Below are positions 52,909 through 64,000 of a stretch of 64,000 nucleotides of DNA, in pieces. A model generated the notes under the pieces. The model saw nothing but the letters and a program-made list of their open reading frames with translations, was not told where the DNA came from and did no database searches. Both the position numbers and the translations under genes were made by a program. Where the stretch lies: the NCBI RefSeq assembly GCF_006345805.1, contig NC_043010.1:51460001-51524000 (forward strand), in the 5' to 3' direction. Source of the stretch: Octopus sinensis (lineage: Eukaryota). Position 1 is the first letter of the stretch, and each line of letters begins with the position of its first letter.

Positions 52909-52961
52909 CTGAGATGATGTATAATAATAAAATATAGCCACGGTGTGTGTGTATATATATT

Positions 52962-52999
<38 letters not shown>

Positions 53000-53609
53000 C
53001 ATGTGTGTGTAAGAGATGTGTATGTCTATAGTAGATAGGTTGATAGCCTTCGTGTAATCGTTGATACTTTAGAAAATATAAATAGGCAGTCTGCAAAGGT
53101 TAATTCGTATAATAACGAGAGAAAAAATATATATGTACGAGTTATCAACGAATGACAAACATCCATACAGTCTGTATCTTACATTATATATATATATATA
53201 TATAGCTACTATCTTCCTGATTCTTTCTTTCATTTAGTTTTTTATATATTTTTACACACAATGGAAAAATTAAAAAATAATCTTTTTTTTTTTAAAGACT
53301 AATTATCTAACAGTTTAGCTTATAAAGAAAGCATATTTCTCCGGCTGCTGCTCGCGGAAGAAATATAAAAAAAAAGAACCCCCTCCCCCACATACACACA
53401 AAGAACTAGCATCAGTACCTCACCCGACACTCCTCCATGTCAATTAATGAACGGCTGTATATTAAAGTATATACTAATAAAGTTATATACATTCACGCAT
53501 AAATATATATTATTTGTAACTTTACTCTTGTACAAACAGTATTATTTTACTGTATGATGAATACTGTAAAAACAGATTTTATATATAGTGGAATAATTGT
53601 TGATGATCT

Positions 53610-53656
<47 letters not shown>

Positions 53657-53730
53657 TATATATATATATATAGCGAGAGAGAGAGATATATATATATACT
53701 GATTTTTATAAACATCACAAAATATAACTA

Positions 53731-53776
<46 letters not shown>

Positions 53777-53824
53777 TGAGATGATGTATAATAATAAAAT
53801 ATAGCCACGGTGTGTGTGTATATA

Positions 53825-53868
<44 letters not shown>

Positions 53869-54165
53869 CATGTGTGTGTAAGAGATGTGTATGTCTATAG
53901 TAGATAGGTTGATAGCCTTCGTGTAAATCGTTGATACTTTAGAAAATATAAATAGGCAGTCTGCAAAGGTTAATTCGTATAATAACGAGAGAAAAAATAT
54001 ATATGTACGAGTTATCAACGAAATGACAAACATCCATACAGTTCTGTATCTTACATTATATATATATATATATATAGCTACTATCTTCCTGATTCTTTCT
54101 TTCATTTAGTTTTTTATATATTTTTACACACAATGGAAAAATTAAAAAATAATCTTTTTTTTTTT
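52441..54165. repeat. Near-identical tandem duplication, period ~852 bp
   Basis: 52441 onward is repeated at ~53293; junctions lie in poly-T. Confidence 0.9.
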
Positions 54166-54221
54166 AAATAAAAGATAGGAAAACCGTCAAATAAATAAAA
54201 AAATAATGCAAGTTAACCAAC

Positions 54222-54611
54222 CTTGGAATCTTCGTCTGGAGGTGGTGGATCTGGAGGTAATGGGGGTTTCTCTTCGGTTGGAGGAGCTGGGGGTTTAGGT
54301 GGTGCTGGATTAGAAGGTAGCGGAGGAACTGGAGGACATCCAGCAGATGCTAAAATGTTACTAACGCTTCCAGCAGCAGCGGTATTGGCGTGTTGTTCTA
54401 AAGCAGAAGCTGTTGAAGCTACGACTGATAGTGGATTCAAAGACGGGAAGACCATGGGGGGAAGTTGGCCGCCCGTATTCCATTGATGAGGTTGACCGCT
54501 GGTCGCTGTGGCTTCCTGTGCACCAGGATAAAGTGGGTACATCATATTAGGTTGCGCGAAAAAGGGTGGGGGAACGGCCCCCAGGCCGAGCTGTTGCCAA
54601 TTACCAAACAT
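54222..54611 (-). CDS. YLPM1: YLP motif-containing protein 1 (ZAP3) orthologue, coding exon 1
   Basis: ATG at 54611-54609; 130 codons MFGNWQQ...EEKPPLPPDPPPPDEDSK, then donor AAG|GTTGGT (phase 0). The Pro-rich end joined to exon 2 resembles vertebrate YLPM1 'PPLPPEEPQSEDPEEDARLKQLQAAAAHWQQ' as I recall it. Confidence 0.8.
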
Positions 54612-54673
54612 TGAGAAGATAAAAGAAACAAACGACTACACTGCAACTTCCATCTTTCAGTGTTAAAAGACGA

Positions 54674-54716
54674 CAAAATGGCGACCTGTTTCTATTACCG
54701 GATGTTGACTGTAGTT
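54674..54716. promoter_or_regulatory. Housekeeping-type promoter motifs upstream of YLPM1
   Basis: YY1-like CAAAATGGCG (54674-54683), ETS-like ACCGGATGT (54697-54705) and ACTACA on the minus strand (54710-54715), all within ~105 bp of the ATG. Confidence 0.5.
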
Positions 54717-55061
54717 ATCTGCTCCTGGCTAGGTCAGAGTTACCTGTTCTTGATTATTGATGCTTTATCCTTCTTTCCATAACATAAAAATTTTAAAAAT
54801 TAAATTTCTTTTCATTCATAGAAACAAACAAAAAAGCGAAAAGCAAAACCCACAAGAATGATTGTATTGTGATTGCACTATAGTGTTTAAATTGACCCAG
54901 TCAATCGTCTATTTATATTTTGGTTACAAAGATAACTCACCTAAATATATGTAGGCGTATATAGATATGTGAATATGCGTGTACGTGCGCGCGCGTATAT
55001 TACACATATAAAAAGATATATATTTATAATAAATATATCAATATATATATCAACATTTATT

Positions 55062-55220
55062 TATCATCGTTTAACGTCCGTTTTGAATGCTAGCATGGGT
55101 TGGACGGTTTGACCGGAGTCTGGGAAGACAGGAGGCTGCACCAGGTTCCAGTCTTATCTGGCAGTGTTTCTACAGCTGGATGCCCTTCCTAGCGCCAACC
55201 ACTCCGTGAGTGTAGTGGGT
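55062..55220 (-). mobile_element. RTE-type LINE 3' end
   Basis: Same conserved tail as other copies. Confidence 0.7.
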
Positions 55221-55230
55221 ATATATACAT

Positions 55231-55281
<51 letters not shown>

Positions 55282-55287
55282 ATATAT

Positions 55288-55320
<33 letters not shown>

Positions 55321-55352
55321 CATATATCTATATATATACATATATATACATG

Positions 55353-55386
<34 letters not shown>

Positions 55387-55631
55387 GGGAATAAATCCAA
55401 ACTTACAGGAAAATTAGATTTAGGATTAAATCTAAATTTATAGTATAAATATATTATATTATATGAATTCAAATTATTGTTATTCGAATTGGTACAGCCA
55501 TGAAACGATCGTAGTGTTTTACTCTTTATCTTTTATTAACTTTTAATACTTTTGATATTTATATATAAAAAAAAAATTTTTTTAATTAATTAATTAAACA
55601 AAATAATATATAAATATTAAAATATACATAC

Positions 55632-55663
<32 letters not shown>

Positions 55664-56833
55664 GTTTAAATTATTTAAATAATTTTTTAATTTTTAACTT
55701 TTATATTTTAAAATTAATTTTATGTATTGGCTTATGTTTTTCACTGTTTGATTTGCCTAATAGTGGTTTTATCTCTAATTTAATATAATATATATATATA
55801 TGGCGGTGCCCCAGCATGGCCACAGCTCATTAGCTGAAACTGAAAAAATCAAAATCAAAATCAATCATATATATATATATATATACATTAATAATGACGG
55901 GAGGCATATGGATGGAGACAGCTGTATAAAGACATACCAATCACTTAATATGAATGAAGCTTGCAGAAGAGGCAAACACTGGAAGAGATGGGGTGAAGAG
56001 GAAGGCTGATCTCAGAACCTTACTGAGGAGATGATAAGTAACTGGTGATATGCCGTTCTTGAGAAAACCTGTCCAGCTCTTCAAAGTTCTGGAAATGTGT
56101 TTGTGTGTATATATGCACAACTGGGGCCTTTGTACAATTTGCTTCTCAAGACATCCGCTCCACCCATCAACTCTCTAACTGAAGATTTTCCTTGATGCTA
56201 CTAATCTTTCTCATTATCATCAATCATTTCACTTCATATATGCTCTTTATCCTTAATACTCCCTGCTCCACCCACATTTTACATTGATCATCTCCTCCCC
56301 AACCAAGAAATTATCTCCCCTTTTCCATCACCATACATCTCTCTCCTTCCCATGCACAACACCTGCCTCTCTCTTCCTCCATTTCCTTCAACTCTTCAAC
56401 CAAATGTCATAGTTCTTTTTCTCTCTCTCATTCTTCCTCCCTTTTATTGTATCATCATTATTCTGCCACCCTCCACTTCCATGTATCATTGCTCAGTCCT
56501 AATCCCTTATCCACCATTCCCTTTATCCACTCCTCAGCCTAATCCAGTCTCAAAAGTTGTCACCTATTCTTCCCTATCTCTCTTCACTTATTATCCCTCA
56601 ACTCTTGTTCTTAATAGTCATAGGAGATTTGTGGACCTAAAAGTTGAGTCATTTCTCATAGAAAATTATATTTCTTTTTTATCATTATTTATGGACAACG
56701 TTCTCTTCGGGATGCAGATTTCAAAATTGAAATTCCTTTTTCTTAATACACCATTTCAGAACTTTTCAGGCTAAACACACATGCATAACCATATAGACTC
56801 ACATATATATATAGATAGATATCATATATATAT

Positions 56834-56865
<32 letters not shown>

Positions 56866-56882
56866 TATCTACATATATATAC

Positions 56883-57000
<118 letters not shown>

Positions 57001-57341
57001 AATAAGAGCAAAAAGAAAATATTTTCTTTGCCAATATGCTGAAAAATAGACACTAAATCATCTAACCACATAAAATATTTTCACTTGTTTATTACACCAC
57101 ATGCTGAAATAAGGAAAGCAAGCTAACAGAAATTCATAAAAATATAGTTATCCCTGAATTGGTTCTGATTCCTGGATTAATCCCAAAAAGATTTTACCTT
57201 CATTAGCAAGGAAGTAAAAGAATTTGAATAACACCTGCGTTTACCTCCATTTATATATATATATATATATATCATGGCAGACGCCATGATTGATCGTTAG
57301 CCACTACACACATTTTTTTTCTCTCCTTGTTTTCTGTGTCC

Positions 57342-57377
57342 CTTTCTGTAGAAGAGCGTAGGCTCGAAATGTAAAAG
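57342..57377 (+). ncRNA. Penelope-type minimal hammerhead-ribozyme-like motif (variant/degenerate)
   Basis: CUUU-CUGUAGA-A-GAGC(GUAG)GCUC-GAAA-U-GUA-AAAG; stem I CUUU/AAAG, stem II GAGC/GCUC. Confidence 0.5.
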
Positions 57378-58097
57378 ACTTTTTCTATTCCTGAGCATTA
57401 TACTAATACATCTGTTTGTTTTGTACACCACCTGTCTTCGTTTTTTTGTTGTTTTTTTCGGAAACTCTCCCTATATATATAAAAATGAACTCTCCCATCA
57501 ATTTCAACTTATGAGGATGAGCATCCAATTGTCACCCACTCATTAAATTAGAATGCAAAGTGGCTGAATATTCCACAGCAATGTATATTCTTAATGTAAT
57601 TCTCAAATATAATCAGCTTGACACTGTGTTTAACCAGGCCGGACTTTGAAACTACAAACACAGTCCAGCTGATGGGCCACTACACTATACGGTTTCCATT
57701 TCCCAAAATTCACACACTCGGAATCAATGTGAAGCTACGATGAAAACCCAAGCTGAAAGCAACTAGCAGTGGTATTGAACATAAGGTCTTGTAATTTGAA
57801 GTGAACATTTTAACCATACTGCCATTTAGTAACATCATCCTGAACATGAGTGAACATGTTAGTTCAATTCTATGGAACCACTGTGTTTCGGCTTTGTGTT
57901 TCATAATCCAATAAAAAGACCTCTACATGGTAGCTTGCCCTGTTAAAAATAACAGCTGAGTCTCACTCAAACCCCTTCCATAATCCTTGGAGTGTCCATC
58001 AGAGAGCTTGTTTTGTAATGGAAACAGGTTTTTGTGTGACATGTCACAGCCAAACCCCGTTTCTTTCTCGTTTTAAAATAGCAACATCTTAAAACAG

Positions 58098-58152
<55 letters not shown>

Positions 58153-58364
58153 GAAACACACACATACACACTAGATAATGTTGTTCCAGATATGCTATGT
58201 CTGGAACACCTCATTCACAGGTCTGTGCTCAACTAGGACTGACTTGGGGTTAAACAACAATAACGATAACAACAACGATAACTGCATAACTAGTATCCTG
58301 TCTATCTGTGTCTGCCTGTCTTGTCAGTGTAATCTCTTCTCAATTAATTCTTCAACTAATACCA

Positions 58365-58465
58365 TCTCCTCCTCCTCCTCCTCATCGTCACCGTCATCAT
58401 CATCATCATCATCATCATTGTCATCATCATCATCTTCATCATCATCGTTGTCGTCGTCATCGTCG

Positions 58466-58528
<63 letters not shown>

Positions 58529-58991
58529 CCACCATCATCATTGTCATCATCGTCGTCATCATCATCATCGTCATCATCATTGTCCTCATCGTCATCATCA
58601 TCATCATTGTCATCGTCGTCGTCATCATCATCATCATAATTGTTGTTGTCATCATCTTCATCATCATTATTGTCATTAGCATCATCATCATTGTTATCAC
58701 CATCATCACCATCGTCATTGTCGTCGTGATCCTCCCCATCATCACCTACGCAAATATTGTCTGTCCCTTTCTCTCTTCTCATTATTTCTTATACATTCTC
58801 TCCCTCCTCTTCCTCTTCCTCCTCATCATCATCAACATCATCGTCATAATCAATATCATTATACTCTCTACATCTGCTCCTCAGTGATGTTGTGGAATAG
58901 ATTTTAATGTATTCTGCTGTTCCTCATCATCATTGTAGTCATCATCATCATCATTGTCATCATCACCATTATCATCATCATCATCACCATT

Positions 58992-59022
<31 letters not shown>

Positions 59023-59680
59023 ATATCAATGGCTGTCAATATGTCATAGTTTTTATCCTATACATCATCATCTGCATCAAACACTACCATTTGTAATCCT
59101 CGTCATCATAATCTCATTGCATCTTCAGTTCCTCTGCCTCTTCCATCATCATCATCACCACCACTACCACCAGCACCAGCAGTAGCACCACCACCATCAC
59201 CATCATCCCCATTCTCTTTCTTCTCATCATCATCATCGCTATCACTATAACGAATATGACAACCAGCACAACCACCAGCATCAGCGTCGTTTTCGCCACC
59301 ACCACCACCACCACTACCATTCTCCTCCTCCTCATCATCACTGTGACAAATATGACAGCCACCAGCACCAACATCAACACCACCATCAAACCCTGCCTCC
59401 ATCCTCCACCACCATCAAACCCTGCCTCCATCCTCCACCACCATCATCATCACCATCACCATCATCGTCATTGTCATTGTGATTGCTGTCATCATCATCA
59501 CCATCATTATCACCATCATCATCACCATCACCATCTCATCGGAATCACCATCATTGTCATTATTCTCCCCATCATATCATTGACATCACCACCATCTCCA
59601 TTAGCCACATTATTGTTGACTTTCTTCTTCTTCTACATCACCAGTGTTGTCATTATTATTATTGCTGTTGTTCTTGTTGT
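58365..59680. repeat. (CAT/CGT/CAC)n trinucleotide repeat field
   Basis: Direct inspection. Confidence 0.95.
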
Positions 59681-60109
59681 TGATGTCATTGTCGGCGACG
59701 GCGGCGGCAGTGGCAGTGGTGGTGGTGTTGGTCGTGTTTTACATTTGATCCATTCTTCCATTCAGATCTATCTTAATAAATCCCTTCATATTTATATCCG
59801 TCTCATTTCCTTAGATAATCCTTATCTTTAGTCTAATTCTTCAGCTCATTTTCATTTCTTTTTTTTTTTTATCTCACCACTACTATCTTCAGCATTTTCG
59901 TCTTCAGAGCTTCCTTAACTCCTGATACATTTTAAAAATATGTTTTATAATTTTATGGTTTGCATTCAGACGGTGAATTGGTGGAATCTGTTAAGCATCA
60001 GATAGAATGCTTTTTGGTAAGCTACATTCAGATTTTCAGTACTCTGCACCCTGATTTCAAATCATGCCAAAGTCAACTCTTTTCATTATCATTAATTCAG
60101 TCTTGTCAC

Positions 60110-61310
60110 AATTATTCATTAATTCCTTTAACCCCATGTGGAGCATAGGGCGCTATCAAGAAATTTTCATCTGTCTTGATCTTTGGCAATGGATTATAGT
60201 TATCCCCAGATGTAGCCAGCTGTAAGTGTTTCATTTTCTCTCAACCTGCATTGATTTTTCTGGGGTCTTTGAGAGGATCATTGTTTCTGCTCCATAGAGA
60301 AGAATGGAGAGGACCAATGCATTGTAAGTATGGAACTTCATCTTCTGAGAGATAGAGCAGTGGCACCAGAGGGGCTTCCACAAGGAATCTGTGACTCCAG
60401 CTGGATGTGATTGGAGAAAATCTCCAGAGGATCAATGTCACCTAGGAGGATGCAAAGAGGCTGGCACTGGTGGACCTAGTTGGCTCTATGCATGATGATG
60501 CCTCTGGGACCACTAACTTGGACTCCAACTCCATCAAACAAGAACATTTAGCCAAGCCAATGAGTTGTTTTTGGTCTGCTATGCTTCTGTCTCCCTTGGG
60601 TGTTGGAAACAAGTTTCCTTAGGATGTGGTCCAGTCCAACCCCCTTTTCCTCCTTTTAATCTGCTTTTTGATTGGTTGCTGGTTCACCTATTCCTTGTCT
60701 TCACAAACGTTTGAAGCTTGTCAGTGCAGTATTTTGTGACTTGCCATGTTTCACTTGCTTACAACAGAACCATCCTCATAACTCCATGTGAAGCATAGAG
60801 TACCAACAAGAGATTTCCATCTGTCTTGATCTTTGGCAATGGTTGCAGTTATACCCAGATGTAGCCACTTGCCAGTGCTTCAGTTTTTGTGGACCTCCTC
60901 CATGTTGCTTTGGTCTGCTATGCTTTTGTCAATCTTGGAAGTTGGAAACAGGTTTCCTTAGAATGTATCCTGGTTATCTCCATTTTCTCCTCTTAATCTG
61001 TGTTTCAATTGGTTTCTGGTTCATCTAGCCCTATAAAGGATTTGTATGTCTGTCTTCACAAATGCTTGAAGCTTGTTGATGCAGAACTTTGTGACTTGCC
61101 ATGTTTCACATGCACACAGCAGAAGGATCTTCATGCTTGTGTTCAAAATCTTGGAGTTTTGTGTTTGTTGATAAGTCTGTGATCTGGTCTGGTTATCTTG
61201 AAGGCACATGTAGCCTTCCCAGTCCTCATTTATATGTTATGTCCAGGTCTGTTCTACCTTCCTTATTAACAACAGAATCTAGACTGGTGAATAAGCAGAA
61301 TTGTTACATC
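60110..61310 (-). mobile_element. Degraded RTE-like LINE 3' fragments (at least two in tandem)
   Basis: ILLLCACETWQVTKFCINKLQAFV motif; repeated 3' end CCATGTG(G/A)AGCATAG at ~60133 and ~60784. Confidence 0.6.
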
Positions 61311-61345
61311 ATTGGATAGAATGCCTTATAGTATTTGTTCCCCCT

Positions 61346-61578
61346 AAAGCGGTGAGCTGGCAGAAACATTAGCACACCAGGCGAAATGCGTAGCCGTATT
61401 TTGTCTGCCATTACGTTCTGAGTTCAAATTCCACCAAGGTCGACTTTGCCTTTCATCCTTTAGGGGTCGATAAATTAAGTACCAGTTACGCACTGGGGTC
61501 GATGTAATCGACTAAATCCATTTGTCTGTCCTTGTTTGTCCCCTCTATGTTTAGCCCCTTGTGGGTAATAAAGAAACA
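61346..61578 (+). mobile_element. SINE family B
   Basis: Full-length match to the family. Flanking AGTATTTGTTCCC occurs on both sides, consistent with a TSD. Confidence 0.85.
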
Positions 61579-61764
61579 AGTATTTGTTCCCACTTTGAGT
61601 TCAAATCCCAGCTCCTATCATAAGAAAACCGACCCCCTCCAAAAAAAAAAAATTAGCGACACTTTTCTCAGGTGTTGTGATTAATAGATGCTGTTTTTGT
61701 CACCAACCCTCAAGATCATATTTCCCTCTTGGCCAGACATGTTTTATCTCAGAAGATTGAAAAC

Positions 61765-62080
61765 ATAAAAAGCACCATCCGAACGTGGCCGATGCCAGCA
61801 CCGCCTCGACTGGCTTCTGTGCCGGTGGCACATAAAAAGCACCAACCGATCGTGGCCGATGCCAGACCCCTCCGGCACCTGTGCAGGTGGCATGTAAAAA
61901 GCACCCACTACACTCGCGGAGTGGTTGGCGTTAGGAAGGGCATCCAGCTGTAGAAACACTGCCAGATCAGACTGGAGCCTGGAGCAGCCCCTGGCTCCCC
62001 AGATCCCGGTCGAACCGTCCAACCCGTGCTAGCGCGGAAAACGGATGTTAAACGATGATGATGATGATGATGATGATGAT
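61765..62080 (+). mobile_element. RTE-type LINE 3' end
   Basis: Repeats, conserved tail and (GAT)n. Confidence 0.75.
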
Positions 62081-62358
62081 GCTTGCATAACTGTGTTATT
62101 CATTTACAAGCATTATGTGAAGTCAAGACAAGGAGACACAAATAAATAAATAAATGAATTCCTGCCTGCCTACATGCCTACCTATTTATCTATCTTATCA
62201 TCATTCAACACCTGTTTTCTCTGCTGGCTTTATAATTATGAAGATGACAACAATGATGGTGATGATGATGATGATGATGATACGTGAGGTGATGGTTGTA
62301 ATGATGATAATATAGACACACACATATGCACAAGTATGTATACACATATATACATACA

Positions 62359-62429
<71 letters not shown>

Positions 62430-62499
62430 CGTATGAATATAAGAAAGGCTTCTTGCAGTTTCCATCAACCAAATCCACATATAAGGCTAACCTTATATG

Positions 62500-63170
62500 A
62501 TGGTGATACAACTATCACATCTTGCTATATTGAATGGTATGTTCCTTTTTGTATAGGAAGGATGGCAAGATCTAAAACCTAAACATTGGTGTGTGTCTGG
62601 GTTCTTGCAGCATAGATCAGCTGTAACTGCTTCATTTTCTTTAAGTATTAGAATGTTCAGTAAAGGATATTCCCTTTTATTCATTTCCTAAGTGAACTGG
62701 ATTAATTTGTGAATACTGTTTATTAATTTAAGACATTTTGCAAGGTCCTACTTGCTTTTTCCAAAATATAAAGTAGTCATCCCAGGATTTTTAAATAGGC
62801 TTGGAAATGATGATCAAAAGTAATTCTAGATATTTTTCTTCCAGGTATACCATTACTAGTGTTGCCAAAATTGGTGCAACTTTCGTCCCTATTGCTGCAC
62901 CTTGTATTTGTAGGTAATATTGGTTGTCAAAGAAGAAACAGTTGTTTTCCAGTTCTAAACACAATCCTTCAAGTATAAATGCTTTTTGGAATCTCTCCTG
63001 AATTCTTTGTGGACATATGTCTATCCAGATTTCTACTGCTTCTAATCCTAATCCATGGGGAATATTTGTATAAAGACTGGTAACATCACAGTTAACAAGA
63101 ATTTTTGCTTTCTGGAATATGGTTTAGGAAGTCCATGTTATCTTTGATGAAACTAAGAACCAAGTTGCTT
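62500..63170 (-). mobile_element. Penelope-like retroelement RT remnant
   Basis: FIKDNMDFL, DVTSLYTNIPHGLG, YYLQIQGAAIGTKVAP, WDDYFIFW, SCHPSYTKRNIP. Confidence 0.85.
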
Positions 63171-63399
63171 AATCATTGGGTGTTAGATATTTACTTTCTC
63201 TAGTGGCAAAACATCCTTATAGAGGAACATTTGGCCACAGGAGTTCCATGGATATGTGAGGACTGGTGGACTGAAAGAGGACAGTATTTGAAAATTAAGG
63301 AAGAGTTGGTGACAGGAAAAGCATCAAGCCCTAGAAAATACATTTTAATTAGTTTTGGTTTGTCTCATGCCAGGAATTGAAAAACAAAAGGAAAATGAA

Positions 63400-63690
63400 A
63401 AAAATGGTGGTAGTAACAATGAGGACGATGATGATTAGGAGGAGGAGGAGGAAGAGGAAGAAGAAGGGAAGGAAGAGAAGAGGAAGAAGAAGGGGAAGAT
63501 GTTGGTGGTAGTGACAATAATAAGAATGGTGATAGTGATGAGTAGGAAGATGATGAGGAGGATGGAGGTGATGATGATAATAACGGTAATGATGATGGTG
63601 ATGAGTATTTTGGTGATGAGGATGAAGATTATTGTGGCAGTGGTGGTAAGGATGATGATGATGATGTTTATGGTGATGATGAAGTAAATG
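63400..63690. repeat. (GAT/GAG/GGT)n low-complexity repeat
   Basis: Direct inspection. Confidence 0.9.
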
Positions 63691-63869
63691 CACACACATA
63701 CATACAAGTTGTTTGACTCTGAGTTACCAAATGTCTAATGCAGTTTTGTTGTATATGTGGTCTGATCAATAAGTATCCGGACTGTTGCCATAGTAATGAA
63801 GCTAAAGCATGCAGAGTGAAGCCGCTAAGCACAGATTGACCTTGAACACTGTTGTGCATGCACACTAAG

Positions 63870-64000
63870 TTTTAACATTCTAGCTCACTTCCACTGTTTA
63901 CAGCAGTGCTTGGAAGAAGGAAGGTGTGTAGCATATGATCATTGTATTAACCATGACAGAGAAAGTTTAGCAGAGAATCTGCATTGAATTTTGTCAAAAG
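63870..64000 (+). mobile_element. Mariner 5' remnant
   Basis: MTEKV*QRICIEFCQK, a typical mariner N-terminus, running off the window. Confidence 0.6.

Noticed and set aside
58178-59831. Poly-Ser/His/Asp/Met ORFs
   Set aside because: Trinucleotide repeat field with no splice or homology support.

Overview
Eukaryotic, AT-rich, repeat-dense genomic DNA. The SINE/LINE repertoire and huge (TA/CA)n and (CAT)n tracts suggest an octopus or other coleoid cephalopod (inference). One protein-coding gene is well supported: the 5' half of a YLPM1/ZAP3 orthologue on the minus strand. I reconstructed five phase-consistent exons (54222-54611, 11867-12368, 8989-9135, 5093-6968, 2730-2787). Intron 1 is ~41.9 kb, and the rest of the gene lies left of the window. 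The remainder is mostly mobile DNA: CR1-like, RTE and Penelope-like retroelement remnants, three tRNA-derived SINE families, mariner relics, hAT, piggyBac and foldback MITEs, and non-autonomous Helitrons. There is also a 100-N gap and two near-identical tandem duplications that may be assembly artefacts. The most interesting observations are: TA-tract-embedded mini-elements with Penelope-type hammerhead ribozyme motifs; a tRNA-like cloverleaf caged between inverted repeats; a SINE-LINE shared 3' stem-loop with compensatory changes; a long foldback ~35 bp from an exon donor; an intronic partial copy of exon 3; and a possible head-to-head gene start. All identifications are by eye, without database searches.
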